Assembly: GCA_037190965.1 (NCBI GenBank)
Contig: JBBCKI010000028.1
Span: 107,350-171,349 of the forward strand
Length of the DNA: 64,000 nucleotides
Reading direction: 5' to 3'
DNA from: Chthoniobacteraceae bacterium
GTDB lineage: Bacteria > Verrucomicrobiota > Verrucomicrobiia > Chthoniobacterales > Chthoniobacteraceae
Within the stretch, counting starts at the first letter, position 1; every line of letters begins with the position of its first letter. The translations under genes were made by a program, and so were the position numbers. The notes beneath the pieces were generated by a model. That model did no database searches. It saw only the letters and a list, made by a program, of their open reading frames with translations, and was not told the origin of the DNA. Positions 37,847-48,559 of this stretch are shown here, piece after piece.

Positions 37847-39727
37847 TTAGGTGGTCGTGTAAGCGAGATTTTTGATGATGAACTCCTGGCGGTCCGGAGT
37901 GTTGGTGCCCATGTAAAATTGGAGGAGTTTGTCCACGGGGCTTTCCTTGCCGATGATGACCGGCTCGAGCCGGATCTTGGGGCCGATGAAGTGGCGGAAC
38001 TCGTCGGGCGAGATTTCGCCCAATCCTTTGAATCGGGTGACCTCCGGGTTGGGGCCCAGCGCCGTGATGGCCTTCACGCGCTCTGCTTCAGTGTAGCAAT
38101 ATCGCGTCTCCTTCTTGTTGCGAACCCGGAAAAGCGGGGTTTGCAGGATGTAAAGGTGGCCGTTTTTGATCAGCTCCGGCAGGAAGGTCAAAAAGAAGGT
38201 GATCAGCAACAGGCGAATATGCATCCCGTCGACGTCGGCGTCGGTCGCCAGCACGATGTTGTTGTAGCGGAGCTCTTCGATGCCTGCCTCCACATTGAGC
38301 GCGCTGTGGAGCATGCTCAACTCGTCGTTCTCATACATGACCCGGCGGGTCTTGCCGTGTGTGTTGAGAGGTTTGCCTTTCAGCGAAAAGACCGCCTGGG
38401 CGTTTGGATCACGAACCTTGGTGATCGAGCCGGAGGCGGACTCGCCCTCGGTGATGAAAAGGGTGGTCTTCCCCCGCTTGTCCTCCTCGCCCCGGCGGGG
38501 GGCTTTGTCGTTGAAGTGGATGCGGCAGTCGCGGAGCTTGGAGTTGTGGAGGCTCACCCTCTTCGCGGCATCCCTCGCAATATCGCGGATGCCCGCGAGT
38601 TCTTTGCGCTCCCGCTCGTTTTGCTGGATTTTCTGCTGGATGGCCTGGGCCACCGCCGGGCTGCGGTGGAGGAAATTATCCAGTTCCTTTTTGACGAGAT
38701 CGGCGACGTAACTCCGGATGGACACGCCACCGTTGGGGCTCATCGTCACGCTGCCGAGTTTCGTCTTCGTTTGGGATTCGAAGATCGGCTCCTGCACGCG
38801 GATCGAAACGGCCGCAATGATGCCGGTGCGGATGTCGGAGGCGTCGTAATCTTTCTTGAAAAACTCCCGCAGGGATTTGACGACGGCCTCTCGAAACGCC
38901 TGTTGGTGGGTGCCCCCCTGGGTGGTGTGCTGCCCGTTGGTAAAGGAGTAATATTCCTCGCCGTATTGGGCGGCGTGGGTGAAGACGATCTCCAGGAGGT
39001 TGGCGGAGTCCTTGAGGTGAATCGCCTTGTAAGCGGTGGAGCCGTCGATCTTCTGGTTGAGGAGGTCGAGAAGGCCGTTTTCGGATTTGAACGCCTTGCC
39101 GTTGAACGTCAGCGTCAGCCCCATGTTGAGGTACGCGTAGTTCCAGAGCATGTTCTCGACGTATTCGTCCTTGAACTCGTAGTTCGGAAAGATTTCCGGG
39201 TCCGGCGTGAACGTTGTCAGCGTCCCGGATTTTTGCCCCTTTGCGGCTTTGGCGCCGGGATCGGCGACCAGGTTTCCCTGGGCAAAATCGGCCCTGCGAG
39301 TTTTCTCTTCGCGGTAGGTTTGGATGATGAAGCTGGAGGAAAGGGCGTTGACGGCCTTTAAGCCGACGCCATTGAGCCCCACGCTTCGCTGGAAGGCCTC
39401 GCTGTCATATTTGCCGCCGGTGTTCGGCTTGCCCGCGCAGTCCACCAGGCTCCCGAGCGGAATGCCCCGGCCGAAGTCGCGCACCGTGACGCATTGCGTC
39501 CCGTCTGGGTTGGTTGCCAGCGTGACATCGATCTGCTTGCCGCACCCCATCGTGAACTCGTCGATGGAGTTGTCGATCGTCTCTTTGAGCAGGATGTAAA
39601 TGCCATCGTCATGGGCCGCCCCGTCTCCGAGGCGTCCGATATACATGCCCGGCCGCCGCCGGATATGTTCATTCCACTCCAGGGAGCGAATGTTTGCTTC
39701 AGTGTATTTTCTTGAGACCTGACTCAT
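37847..39727 (-). CDS. parE: DNA topoisomerase IV subunit B (start 39727 or 39769)
   Basis: [53 protein letters not shown]. Confidence 0.88.
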   Translation of the reverse strand: MSQVSRKYTEANIRSLEWNEHIRRRPGMYIGRLGDGAAHDDGIYILLKETIDNSIDEFTMGCGKQIDVTLATNPDGTQCVTVRDFGRGIPLGSLVDCAGKPNTGGKYDSEAFQRSVGLNGVGLKAVNALSSSFIIQTYREEKTRRADFAQGNLVADPGAKAAKGQKSGTLTTFTPDPEIFPNYEFKDEYVENMLWNYAYLNMGLTLTFNGKAFKSENGLLDLLNQKIDGSTAYKAIHLKDSANLLEIVFTHAAQYGEEYYSFTNGQHTTQGGTHQQAFREAVVKSLREFFKKDYDASDIRTGIIAAVSIRVQEPIFESQTKTKLGSVTMSPNGGVSIRSYVADLVKKELDNFLHRSPAVAQAIQQKIQQNERERKELAGIRDIARDAAKRVSLHNSKLRDCRIHFNDKAPRRGEEDKRGKTTLFITEGESASGSITKVRDPNAQAVFSLKGKPLNTHGKTRRVMYENDELSMLHSALNVEAGIEELRYNNIVLATDADVDGMHIRLLLITFFLTFLPELIKNGHLYILQTPLFRVRNKKETRYCYTEAERVKAITALGPNPEVTRFKGLGEISPDEFRHFIGPKIRLEPVIIGKESPVDKLLQFYMGTNTPDRQEFIIKNLAYTTT

Positions 39728-39846
39728 TTTGGAGCCGGGTCTATACGCCAATATCGGGCGATGTGACACTCAAAAACCGCCTTCTCTCGGATGAAACCGT
39801 CCGGAGTCGCCGGAAGAAAGGCCAAAGCGAGCGCCTTCGGCGTTAT

Positions 39847-39870
39847 CGGCGTCGCGGAGCTCCGCCCTCC
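39847..39870. repeat. Family B REP, solo/truncated copy
   Basis: CGGCGTCGCGGAGCTCCGCCCTCC, identical to the left arms at 52248 and 60711. Confidence 0.8.
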
Positions 39871-39912
39871 GTCGGCGGGTGCTGCCGCGCCGGTTTTCCC
39901 GCGTGAGGGAGT

Positions 39913-40239
39913 TCACGTAACGAGCGATTCGAGCTGATCGACAATCGCTTTTTTGGCAGTAACGCCGGAAATTTGACGCTTCAATTCGCCGCCGCCGAAG
40001 AAGAGGAGCGCCGGAATTCCCCGGATGTTGAAGCGTTGCGCCAGCGCGGGGTCGTCGTCAACGTTCACCTTGGCGATGCGAAAGCGCCCGGAACTCTCGC
40101 GGGCGATCTCGTCGAGGACGGGCGCGATGAGTTTGCAGGGCCCACACCAGGGGGCCCAGAAATCGACCAGCACCGGCACGGGAGATTGCAGCACCGCTTT
40201 CTCGAAGCTGGCTGCGTTGATATTGATCGGTTCGTTCAT
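39913..40239 (-). CDS. trxA: Thioredoxin
   Basis: VDFWAPWCGPCK; 108 aa. Confidence 0.95.
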   Translation of the reverse strand: MNEPININAASFEKAVLQSPVPVLVDFWAPWCGPCKLIAPVLDEIARESSGRFRIAKVNVDDDPALAQRFNIRGIPALLFFGGGELKRQISGVTAKKAIVDQLESLVT

Positions 40240-40254
40240 TTGTGGAAACAGGTT

Positions 40255-41316
40255 TTAGTTTCGCCCGGCTTTTTGCCGGGGCTGATGAGGTTGGAGTTCG
40301 CGCGGTACGACAATGAGGAACAGTTTTTCGGTGCCCCGAAGGATCATGAGCGGTGACGCAATCCCGATTTCCGAGGCGACGAGGTATTTGTGAAGATTGT
40401 CGATCGTGGCGATCGGCTGGCCTTTGAAGCCGACGATCACGTCGCCCTGCCGCAAGCCCGCGATCGAGGCGGGGCTGCCCGGCTCGATTTCGGAGACTTG
40501 CACGCCCCTGTCCACCGGGAGTTTGTGGAAACGAACCACGCGCGGATGCAGCGGAACGTTCTGCCCGCCAATCCCGATGGAACTGCGCCGGATGCGCTGC
40601 TCCTTGATCAGCCAGGCCGCCACGAACTGCGCCGTGTTGCTGGCGATGGCAAAGCAGATGCCTTGCGCCGGAAGAATCACGGCTGTGTTCACGCCGATCA
40701 CTTCGCCCGCGCTGTTGATCAGCGGTCCGCCGGAGTTGCCGGGGTTCAGCGCGGCATCGGTCTGGATAATGTCGTCCATGAGCCGACCCGAATCCGCCCT
40801 CATGGACCGGCCCAGCGCACTGACAATGCCGGAGGTCACTGTCTGCTGGAAGCCATAGGGGCTGCCAATCGCGACCGCAACCTGCCCAACGCGGATCCGG
40901 GATGAATCCGCAAGCCGCACATGCTGAAGGTCTGGCGCATCGATCCGGATGATGGCGAGATCCGTCTCCGGGTCCGTGCCGATCAACTGCGCCCGATAGA
41001 CACGGGCGTCATGGAGGGTTACCTCCAGTTCCCGCGCTCCCTGGACCACGTGGCTGTTTGTAAGGATGAAGCCGTCGCGAGCGATGATGAAACCAGAGCC
41101 GCTGCCCTGGCCGTGCTGTCCGTTCGTAATGCGGATGTTGACGACGCTGGGTGCGACGAGGCTCACCGCCGCCGCAACCGTTTGCGAATAGGCGTCGAGC
41201 AGTTCGGCGTCGCTTGGAAGCGATGCCGGAGTCGAACTGACGGGCTCGTCATGTTCGTGCAAAACACGAACGAGCCGGGGTGTTCTCCGTCCCTGAAATT
41301 CGTGTGGAATTTTCAT
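40255..41316 (-). CDS. HtrA/DegP-like trypsin serine protease with one PDZ domain, no signal peptide
   Basis: LTNSHV, TDLA, QTDAALNPGNSGGP, C-terminal PDZ. Start set at ATG 41316, downstream of its promoter. Confidence 0.9.
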   Translation of the reverse strand: MKIPHEFQGRRTPRLVRVLHEHDEPVSSTPASLPSDAELLDAYSQTVAAAVSLVAPSVVNIRITNGQHGQGSGSGFIIARDGFILTNSHVVQGARELEVTLHDARVYRAQLIGTDPETDLAIIRIDAPDLQHVRLADSSRIRVGQVAVAIGSPYGFQQTVTSGIVSALGRSMRADSGRLMDDIIQTDAALNPGNSGGPLINSAGEVIGVNTAVILPAQGICFAIASNTAQFVAAWLIKEQRIRRSSIGIGGQNVPLHPRVVRFHKLPVDRGVQVSEIEPGSPASIAGLRQGDVIVGFKGQPIATIDNLHKYLVASEIGIASPLMILRGTEKLFLIVVPRELQPHQPRQKAGRN

Positions 41317-41334
41317 AGCCTGTTGAAGAAATAA

Positions 41335-41349
41335 TAGACCGGTCGTCTC
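41335..41349. promoter_or_regulatory. NemR-like operator 1, in the protease/thioredoxin promoter
   Basis: TAGACCGGTCGTCTC lies within minus-strand TTGCTT-17-TATTAT; identical to 41984-41998. Confidence 0.75.
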
Positions 41350-41384
41350 TAAAAAGCAAGTGAACTTAAAAACAAAGGAAGAAT

Positions 41385-41966
41385 TCAAGCGGTGGCGAGA
41401 GAGGAACGAAGGAATTGCGCCGCCGATCGCAGAGGCGCGACGCTTCGTTCCACCTGCATTCGCTGCATTGCCCCCTGCCAGGTGTCCTGAATGGCGGCGG
41501 CGGCTTCCGCCGGGTTGAGCCCCTTGCGGATACTGCCATCCGCCTGGCCTTCCCTGACAAGCTGCTCGTAAATGGCGCGCCAGGCTTTCAAGCCCTCGGC
41601 CAGGGCTGCCCGCATCGGTTCGCTAAAGTTCGCGACTTCCAGGCCGAGCTTGACCACGAGACAGCACTGCCTGCACTCGCTTGCCGTGACCTGGCCGATC
41701 TGGTAACCCCAGTAATCGACCAGCTTCTGGAGGGCCGTGGTGTTCGGGGTTGCAAAGAACTTTTGCAGGCATGCCGTGTGTCCCTTGACGTAATGCGAGA
41801 TCAATTCCACTCCAAATTGCTCCTTCGAGCTGAAATGGTGATAGAAGGACCCCTTCGGCACCTTCACCGCGGAAAGAATCTCCGTCAGCCCCACAGAGTG
41901 AAAACTCTTGGTGAGCATGATCTCCTCTGCGGCATCGAGGATTCGGTCTTTGGTGGAGATGCTCAT
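41385..41966 (-). CDS. nemR: TetR family regulator, NemR-like
   Basis: GLTEILSAVKVPKGSFYHHFSSKEQFG and CLVVKLGLEV..SEPMR match NemR, including the sensor Cys region. Confidence 0.75.
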   Translation of the reverse strand: MSISTKDRILDAAEEIMLTKSFHSVGLTEILSAVKVPKGSFYHHFSSKEQFGVELISHYVKGHTACLQKFFATPNTTALQKLVDYWGYQIGQVTASECRQCCLVVKLGLEVANFSEPMRAALAEGLKAWRAIYEQLVREGQADGSIRKGLNPAEAAAAIQDTWQGAMQRMQVERSVAPLRSAAQFLRSSLATA

Positions 41967-41983
41967 TCGGATAATAACGAAAC

Positions 41984-41998
41984 TAGACCGGTCGTCTC
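41984..41998. promoter_or_regulatory. NemR-like operator 2 (autoregulatory)
   Basis: TAGACCGGTCGTCTC lies within minus-strand TTGATC-17-TAGTTT upstream of the TetR gene. Confidence 0.75.
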
Positions 41999-42039
41999 AG
42001 AAGATCAAGCGCCTTCTTTTCCGCGTACGATAGCGCGCA

Positions 42040-42861
42040 TCAGGCTTTGATGAACGCCAGGAGATCCTCGTTAACCCGGTCCTTGAGCGTGGTGCACAGG
42101 CCGTGCGGCGCCCCTTCGTAGACCTTCAGTGTGGCATTCTTGATCAGCTTGGATGAAAGAAGGGCCGAGTCTGCAAACGGAACAATCTGGTCGTCATCCC
42201 CATGAAGGACCAATGTCGGAACGTCGAATTTCCTCAAATCTTCGGTCAGGTCTGTTTCGGAAAACGCCTTGATGCAAAAGTAGGAAGCAGGAAAACCGGC
42301 CATCATCCCCTGAAGCCAGAAAGATTCACGCACTCCCTCCGAAATCTTGGCTCCCGGCCTGTTGTAGCCGTAGAAGGGCAGGCTGAGGTCTTTCCAGAAT
42401 TGCGAGCGGTCGGTGGCGACACCGACGCGGAGCTGATCGAATACCTCGATTGGCAAGCCGCCCGGATTCGCCGCGGTCTTCAGCATCAGCGGCGGTATCG
42501 CGCTAATAAGAACTGCCTTGGCCACACGGCTTGTGCCGTGCCTTCCGATGTAGCGGGCGACTTCACCGCCGCCCGTGGAGTGGCCGACATGGATTGCGTT
42601 TTTTAGGTCGAGCGCTTCGACAAGCAGCGCAAGGTCATCGGCGTACGTGTCCAGATCGTTGCCGTTCCAGGGTTGGCTTGAGCGCCCGTGCCCCCGGCGG
42701 TCATGGGCGATACAGCGGTAGCCGCGCGAGGCCAGGAAGAACATCTGATCCTCAAAAGCGTCCGCACTCAGTGGCCAGCCGTGGCTGAAGACGATGGGCT
42801 GGCCCGTGCCCCAGTCATTGAAATAGAGATCCGTCCCATCTTGAGTGGTGATTGTGCTCAT
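42040..42861 (-). CDS. Alpha/beta hydrolase, non-haem chloroperoxidase/perhydrolase family
   Basis: [35 protein letters not shown]. Confidence 0.92.
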   Translation of the reverse strand: MSTITTQDGTDLYFNDWGTGQPIVFSHGWPLSADAFEDQMFFLASRGYRCIAHDRRGHGRSSQPWNGNDLDTYADDLALLVEALDLKNAIHVGHSTGGGEVARYIGRHGTSRVAKAVLISAIPPLMLKTAANPGGLPIEVFDQLRVGVATDRSQFWKDLSLPFYGYNRPGAKISEGVRESFWLQGMMAGFPASYFCIKAFSETDLTEDLRKFDVPTLVLHGDDDQIVPFADSALLSSKLIKNATLKVYEGAPHGLCTTLKDRVNEDLLAFIKA

Positions 42862-42936
42862 AAAATATCGTCGCCATCGCGATGGCGTTGGTAAACGGAT
42901 TCCAATGCAAAGTTGATCGCATTCGTTTCCGGAGCT

Positions 42937-44793
42937 TCACGGTGAATCCTCATCGACCCCCGACCGGCCCCTTTTCCTCTTTCTCGGCCAGAGGATGGCG
43001 ACGCCCAGGAAGCCGGCGAGCAGTGAGGCAACAAAGATCGCAATCTTCGCGGCTGCATAATCCGCCTGTTCCGGGAAGGCCTCGCCCGCGATGAACAGGG
43101 ACATGGTAAAGCCGATGCCCGCGAGCACGCCTGCACCGCAAAGTTGTCGCCAGGAGTATTCCGACGGCTTGATTGCAACGCCAAAATGCACGGCGAGGCG
43201 GGCGGCCAGCATGATCCCAACAGGTTTTCCGATCACCAGCCCCAGGATGATTGCCAGCATCAGGCTGCCGTGTCCGTTGACGATATCCGGGGACAAAATT
43301 ACCCCCGCATTCGCCAGTGCGAAGATAGGCAGTATGAGGTAACTCGACCACGGTTCAATGGAACGAAGCACTTTATTGGCGGGTGATTCGATTCGGTCGT
43401 GGATGGCATCCAGCGCCTCCAAAGCGGGTTCGGAAAGACCGTGGTGCATGATGGCCTTCCCGGATCGTTTGCTCTCCGCTTGCACGATGGCTTCTGCCTG
43501 CGCCGTCAAAGCATGCAGTTTTGCCGGGGGACGAGTTGGCGTGACGAATGCGAGAATCACCCCTGCCAGGGTGGCATGCAGCCCCGCCTGATGCAGACAG
43601 AGCCACAGGAGCACGCCGAGCACCACGTAGGGCAGGGACCGGTAGATGCCCCATCCGTTAAGCGCTATCAACAACGCCGTTACCACCCCCGAGGCAATCA
43701 GGGAATAGAGATGGATTGCCTCCGAATAAAACAGGGCGATGACCGCGATGGCGACCAGGTCGTCAATAATGATTGCCGCCGTCAGGAATACCCGCAGGTC
43801 CACCGGAACGCGATCTCCAAGCAACACGACTAAAGCAACCGCAAACGCGGTGTCGGTGGAGATCGGGACACCCCAGCCCATTGAGAGCGGCCCCGTTGGG
43901 ATGACAAGGAGGTAAATAAGAATGGGCGTGACAATGCCACCGAACGCGGCTGCGATCGGCAGCGCGGCTGCGCGTAGGGTCGAAAGGCGGCCGACGGTGA
44001 ACTCGCGCTTGATTTCCAACCCAACGACCAGAAAAAAGAGGCTCAGCAGCCCGTGATTGACCCAGTCAAGGAGCGGCAGGGTAAAAGCCTTCCCGCCAAA
44101 ATCAAATCCCAAGGGTGTTTTCCACCACGCTTCAAAGTCGGAGCCGACCGGCGAGTTTACCAGGATGATCGCCAGCACGGACATCAGGAGGAGGAGCAGG
44201 CCGGCCGACGGCCCCCATCGAACGAAATTCACGGTGGCCGTATGAATCCGGTGACCCAGCGTCCCAAGCATCGCCTCGGCCAACGCGTTCGAATCCCACG
44301 GGCCCTCATAGCGGCGGTTGTTGATGAAAAATGTCGGCGTGACCGTTGCTCCGCTCCGCTTTGCGCTTTGGATATCCTCTTGCACCTGCAGTTCCGCTTC
44401 CCGACGAATTGAAGGGCGCGCTTTGTCGAGCGGCGGCAGATTGAATTCGGAAGCGATCTGGTCGAAATCGCCCGGGTTAAATGTTGGCCCCCGCCTCATG
44501 AGGGCGTCATGGATCGGCCAGAACTGGTCGGTTATATCAGAGGCGTATTCGGCGAGTTCCGCGGCGCGCAGGGCATCGCTGCTGCCTGCGATAGGGAGCT
44601 GCCGGAAGACGTAGCGCATTCGTTCGCCAAACCGGTCTCGCAGGTCCGCAATGACCTCATGGGCGGCATGGCAATAAGGGCAGGCGTAGCTCCCGTACTC
44701 AAGCAGTGTCAGTTCCGCTTCGGGATCCCCCAGGATATGATCGCGGGCGACGTCAACCTGATCCTCGAGCTTGGTCGGTTGTATCTGGGTCAT
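42937..44793 (-). CDS. nhaA: Na+/H+ antiporter NhaA with an N-terminal DsbA/thioredoxin-like domain
   Basis: N-terminal [10 protein letters not shown]...TPTFFIN. NhaA motifs [33 protein letters not shown]. Confidence 0.9.
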   Translation of the reverse strand: MTQIQPTKLEDQVDVARDHILGDPEAELTLLEYGSYACPYCHAAHEVIADLRDRFGERMRYVFRQLPIAGSSDALRAAELAEYASDITDQFWPIHDALMRRGPTFNPGDFDQIASEFNLPPLDKARPSIRREAELQVQEDIQSAKRSGATVTPTFFINNRRYEGPWDSNALAEAMLGTLGHRIHTATVNFVRWGPSAGLLLLLMSVLAIILVNSPVGSDFEAWWKTPLGFDFGGKAFTLPLLDWVNHGLLSLFFLVVGLEIKREFTVGRLSTLRAAALPIAAAFGGIVTPILIYLLVIPTGPLSMGWGVPISTDTAFAVALVVLLGDRVPVDLRVFLTAAIIIDDLVAIAVIALFYSEAIHLYSLIASGVVTALLIALNGWGIYRSLPYVVLGVLLWLCLHQAGLHATLAGVILAFVTPTRPPAKLHALTAQAEAIVQAESKRSGKAIMHHGLSEPALEALDAIHDRIESPANKVLRSIEPWSSYLILPIFALANAGVILSPDIVNGHGSLMLAIILGLVIGKPVGIMLAARLAVHFGVAIKPSEYSWRQLCGAGVLAGIGFTMSLFIAGEAFPEQADYAAAKIAIFVASLLAGFLGVAILWPRKRKRGRSGVDEDSP

Positions 44794-44874
44794 GGAGGAT
44801 TACTCGGCTATCTACGGTAAAATCGTCCCAAGCAGAGGGATCACGCCCCATCATCCGGCGATTTCCCTGCCCAA

Positions 44875-45015
44875 GGTAGTCCGCACGCGCCGCGAGCGTG
44901 GGATGGTTGACGAGTCGCGTTTGACACTCATCTCAACAGGACGGGCCGCTGGGGATGCGGCCTTGATGAAACGACGGGAGCCGAACCCCGCGCTCGGCGG
45001 CGCGAGCGGGCTACC
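44875..45015 (+). repeat. Family A REP doublet, copy 3
   Basis: GGTAGTCCGCACGCGCCGCGAGCGTGGG ... CGGCGCGAGCGGGCTACC, followed by GGTGCTGCCGCACC. Confidence 0.85.
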
Positions 45016-45086
45016 GGTGCTGCCGCACCATTGAAAACAGCGAAGAACCTCCCATCCGCTCTAACATCGGATTTAAGATTGAACTC

Positions 45087-46658
45087 TCAACATCCTCCCT
45101 CGAACGGTGAGAAGAAAAGCTCCCGGGATGCGTGGGCGTTCAAGCTTTCAAACCGGGCCAACCTCCTTTCCCACGTTGCGAGGGAAACATTAAGATAGGG
45201 CATGGGATCGACGAGGGCAGAGCCATGCCCGCAAACCAGCAGATCCGGTCTCGCTTCGATCATTCGATTGAGCGCGAAGACCCATCCCTTGCGTGACGGC
45301 TCCGCATCGTTCCAGCAAAGGGCGGAGCCGGGATCGGAGGAAGTCCCCCAAAAGCCGTCGCCGACGAACAGCACTCGTTTCCCGTCGACCTGCGCCTCAA
45401 TGCCAAGATGATGCCAGGTCTGACCGCCGAGACGAAAGAACCGCAACGAATATTCCTCCCAGGGAAAGACTTCTCCTTCGCTGACATAGTGATCGATGGA
45501 TATTCTTTCCGCATCCGCATTGTACCATGGCAAGGGACAGGCCAATGGAAACTGCTCAGGGTTGGTCATGGGAGGGGCAATCGAGTCGAGGCAAAGCACG
45601 CGGGCCTTCTCCTGGGCTGCCAACCGTGGGATGAAATCGATATGGTCTCCGTGATAGTGGGTGGGAATGATCCAATCGATCTGTTTGATCCCTAGGGCGG
45701 ACTTCAGCGCTGCGAAGGCAGCGTCGTGCCGCGCTCTGCGCTCCTTCAAAGGAAGCCAGAGACAAAGGCCGTCGTCGATCACGATGGCGCGTCGGCTTCT
45801 GGAAAGCAGCACGCAAGTGTTGCCGCCCTTCCATTGGAAAATGCTGGGCGACACGCGCCGCCATCCCGGGACAGGCTCTTCCGGCTCAGGGAAGTTGATG
45901 GCGTCCGGGGCTTGCGTTGGCGGCTCGACGAGGACGGAAGCTATCTTCCGATGCAGGTGCCGCAGGGCAGGCTGGGGCTCGGCAATCATATCTCCGTGGG
46001 CCGGGCATAACCTATCCGGCGCTTCCGCCTCGAGGACGAGACAGGAAGCCGCCAGGGACTTCTGCCCCGTCTCCAATCCATAGTCCCAATCGCAGTCAAA
46101 CCAGTTCCAAAGCCGCGCGTCATCATGGATGAGATCACCACAGAAAGCCACTTTGCGACCGTCAATCTCCCGCATCAACGTGACTGCATTTTTCCCATGG
46201 CCGGGTGTCGGGATGACCCGGTATCCGAGCAGAGACTCATGCCGCACCAAGGGCTGCCCCAGATTCGTGACCGGAGGCAGCGGGCGTTCGTTGGGCGCCC
46301 CCGCCAGATGCCCCTGGTAGCAGCCCCGGCTCTCCCAATCCCATGGTTCCTGCCACTGAGTCAAATGGTTCCGATACGAATCCAGACCCCGGCATAAATA
46401 TTCATCACCCGAAGGCACATGGACAATGGCCCGCGGGAAATTGAAAGCCCCCAATCCATGTTCTTCCTGGGTGTGAGTAAGGAAGATATGGGCCACCGGC
46501 AGCGATAACGGCAGAACGGCGGCAATGAGGTCTTCCGGCGGATCGATGAGGTGAAATTCGTCTTCAACCCGCACGATGTACCCATTGCAAGGATGCTGCG
46601 GGCCTGAGAGCGCGCTACGGAACTGCCAGAGGTCGGTTTGGAGAGAGATCAGCGGCAT
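45087..46658 (-). CDS. Tandem metallo-beta-lactamase-fold protein
   Basis: Domain 1: THTQEEH, TPGHG, FCGD, CPAHG. Domain 2: THYHGDH, FVGD, VCGHG. Confidence 0.82.
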   Translation of the reverse strand: MPLISLQTDLWQFRSALSGPQHPCNGYIVRVEDEFHLIDPPEDLIAAVLPLSLPVAHIFLTHTQEEHGLGAFNFPRAIVHVPSGDEYLCRGLDSYRNHLTQWQEPWDWESRGCYQGHLAGAPNERPLPPVTNLGQPLVRHESLLGYRVIPTPGHGKNAVTLMREIDGRKVAFCGDLIHDDARLWNWFDCDWDYGLETGQKSLAASCLVLEAEAPDRLCPAHGDMIAEPQPALRHLHRKIASVLVEPPTQAPDAINFPEPEEPVPGWRRVSPSIFQWKGGNTCVLLSRSRRAIVIDDGLCLWLPLKERRARHDAAFAALKSALGIKQIDWIIPTHYHGDHIDFIPRLAAQEKARVLCLDSIAPPMTNPEQFPLACPLPWYNADAERISIDHYVSEGEVFPWEEYSLRFFRLGGQTWHHLGIEAQVDGKRVLFVGDGFWGTSSDPGSALCWNDAEPSRKGWVFALNRMIEARPDLLVCGHGSALVDPMPYLNVSLATWERRLARFESLNAHASRELFFSPFEGGC

Positions 46659-46846
46659 ACGGGTTAGGTATTGATCAGAAAAGGAGCCGCGCCAAACACT
46701 TTATCGGAGCCCGACCGGGAAAATGGAGGCAGCGGGATCGCTCGTCTGGGGCGAATTGCAGATTCGATGGACTTGGGGGAGGGGATTCCTTACTATCACC
46801 GGCGAATGGAAACAGCGGAAACAGCAGCGGAAGAAGTTTCGGATAC

Positions 46847-47383
46847 ATGATGATTCTTCGTACGATCGCGTTTTTCCTGATTGTCCTTGGCTCAACAAAT
46901 AGCGCCGACGCGCGGAGATTACGCTCATGGAGCTACGAGGAGTTACTCCAAGCGTCCGATTTGGTCGCGATCGTCGAGCCTGTTTCTTCCGAAGATACAA
47001 AAGACATCTATCCAGGGTCGCTCTACGGACACGCGTTGACCGAGTTTTTAGGGCACAACACAAAGTTCAAGGTGCACGCGGTTCTGAAAGGCAGTGGTTC
47101 TGCCGACAGGTCATTGATTGTCCTTCATTTTTCCTATTCAAAAAAAGTTATCTTTGAGAACGGCGCGCGCTTCGCCCGATTTATTGCCGGTCCGCTCCAG
47201 TTCAAAAAACAGGTGCTGAAGGATGAGAAAGAAGTTGGAGAAATAACAGTGTATGCCGAAAAGCCCGTGTGGCTCGCTTTTCTTAAAAAGAAGGATGACG
47301 GGAGATATGAGCCCGTGACCGATCCTTACGACTCCACGGATTCATTTCGGGAGCTCCATCAGGCCTCCTTCTTCGTTCAATGA
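46847..47383 (+). CDS. Hypothetical secreted protein
   Basis: 178-aa ORF with a signal peptide (LRTIAFFLIVLG...ADA); AT-richer than its neighbours. Confidence 0.7.
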   Translation: MMILRTIAFFLIVLGSTNSADARRLRSWSYEELLQASDLVAIVEPVSSEDTKDIYPGSLYGHALTEFLGHNTKFKVHAVLKGSGSADRSLIVLHFSYSKKVIFENGARFARFIAGPLQFKKQVLKDEKEVGEITVYAEKPVWLAFLKKKDDGRYEPVTDPYDSTDSFRELHQASFFVQ

Positions 47384-47390
47384 ATAAAGG

Positions 47391-47843
47391 ATGAAAAGAC
47401 TCTTCATGGCCCTCGCGTTGCTGACTATTGCCGGATCTTTATATTTTTCGAGTTTTAAATCGGCATCTGTACGGCAAGTTTCCCCCGGAAATAACAAAGA
47501 CTATCGCCTCGTTGTATTTGGGATCAGCATTCCCTATACGCCAGTCACGGGGAAGGCATTTTCCAGATTTTACTCTCCTCTACTTAACTATTATGCTTCC
47601 AAACAGCCGAAGAAGGAGGTTTGCGGAGCTATTCGAGATATTGACCTTTCGAAATCGGAATTGAGTATCTCGACAGCCCCCGGGGAAGGAATCTTGATTC
47701 AGATTCCTTCCTCAATGACTCATGCGCTTGGATCATTCTCAGAGGGGGAGTCCGTGCGGGTTACCTATTCCTTAAGTCCCTCGCGCGATAACCCCTTCTG
47801 TTACTTTTTTCAGTTGAGCACCATCGCTCGCTCCACAAAATAG
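47391..47843 (+). CDS. Hypothetical membrane-anchored/secreted protein, possible C-terminal OB-fold
   Basis: MKRLFMALALLTIAG leader; GAIRDID...LSI...EGESVRVTY pattern; starts 7 bp after the upstream gene. Confidence 0.65.
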   Translation: MKRLFMALALLTIAGSLYFSSFKSASVRQVSPGNNKDYRLVVFGISIPYTPVTGKAFSRFYSPLLNYYASKQPKKEVCGAIRDIDLSKSELSISTAPGEGILIQIPSSMTHALGSFSEGESVRVTYSLSPSRDNPFCYFFQLSTIARSTK

Positions 47844-47884
47844 ATCCTTTACGCGGTACCTTGATTTGAAAAGCTAGCAATTTC

Positions 47885-48559
47885 ATGCGCAAAACAGCGA
47901 TGCTCTGGACCGGAGGCAAAGATTCCGCGTTGGCTCTCCATGAGGTTGTCCAAAGCGATTATCACGTTTGTTGCCTGGTCACGTTTGCGCCACCGGATTC
48001 AGGCTTTCTTGCGCATCCGTTGCCGTTCATCAAGTTACAGGCTCAAGCCTTGGCGCTGCCGCATTACGTTTTGCCCATTTGCGAACCCTTCGAGGAAGCT
48101 TACGAAAAGCAACTTCGGTGGCTGCGAGACGAAACGGGGATTACCGGTGTTATCACGGGAGACATATCGGAAGTCGGCGGATGTCCGAACTGGATCCGCG
48201 AGCGGTGCCGTCCCGTTGGGTTAAATGTGCATACTCCCCTGTGGGAACGGGATCGGGACCGTTTGCTCCAACAACTGCTGGAGACAAAATTCAAAGTGGT
48301 TTTTTCCTGTGTCGATACGCGTTGGCTGCCGGAAGATTGGGTGGGCCGAGAATTGGACGAATCGGCGGTTGCCGAACTCCGCGTGATTCGCGAGCGAACC
48401 GGCCTCGATCTATGCGGAGAGAACGGAGAATATCACACGCTGGTCACGGACGGGCCGCAGTTCACGCGAGCCATTGAGATCAGATCTTATTCACGAGGCA
48501 GGATCGATTCGCTGGCTCACTTGGAAATCCACGAGTCAGAACTGCAGGCGCAGAGGTAG
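47885..48559 (+). CDS. Diphthine-ammonia ligase (Dph6)-family ATP pyrophosphatase
   Basis: PP-loop [29 protein letters not shown]. Confidence 0.88.
   Translation: MRKTAMLWTGGKDSALALHEVVQSDYHVCCLVTFAPPDSGFLAHPLPFIKLQAQALALPHYVLPICEPFEEAYEKQLRWLRDETGITGVITGDISEVGGCPNWIRERCRPVGLNVHTPLWERDRDRLLQQLLETKFKVVFSCVDTRWLPEDWVGRELDESAVAELRVIRERTGLDLCGENGEYHTLVTDGPQFTRAIEIRSYSRGRIDSLAHLEIHESELQAQR

Noticed and set aside
36431..39361. 976-aa plus-strand ORF
   Set aside because: It is antisense to parC/parE with no recognisable motifs. Long antisense frames are expected from high-GC codon bias.
35825..39769. gyrA/gyrB call
   Set aside because: The A subunit is short and has no GyrA-box, so topoisomerase IV fits better.
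45087..46658. Beta-lactam resistance gene
   Set aside because: Fold-level similarity only: no signal peptide, tandem domains and altered ligands.
47885..48559. Diphthamide biosynthesis
   Set aside because: The pathway is archaeal/eukaryotic and no other dph genes are present, so only a family-level call is made.
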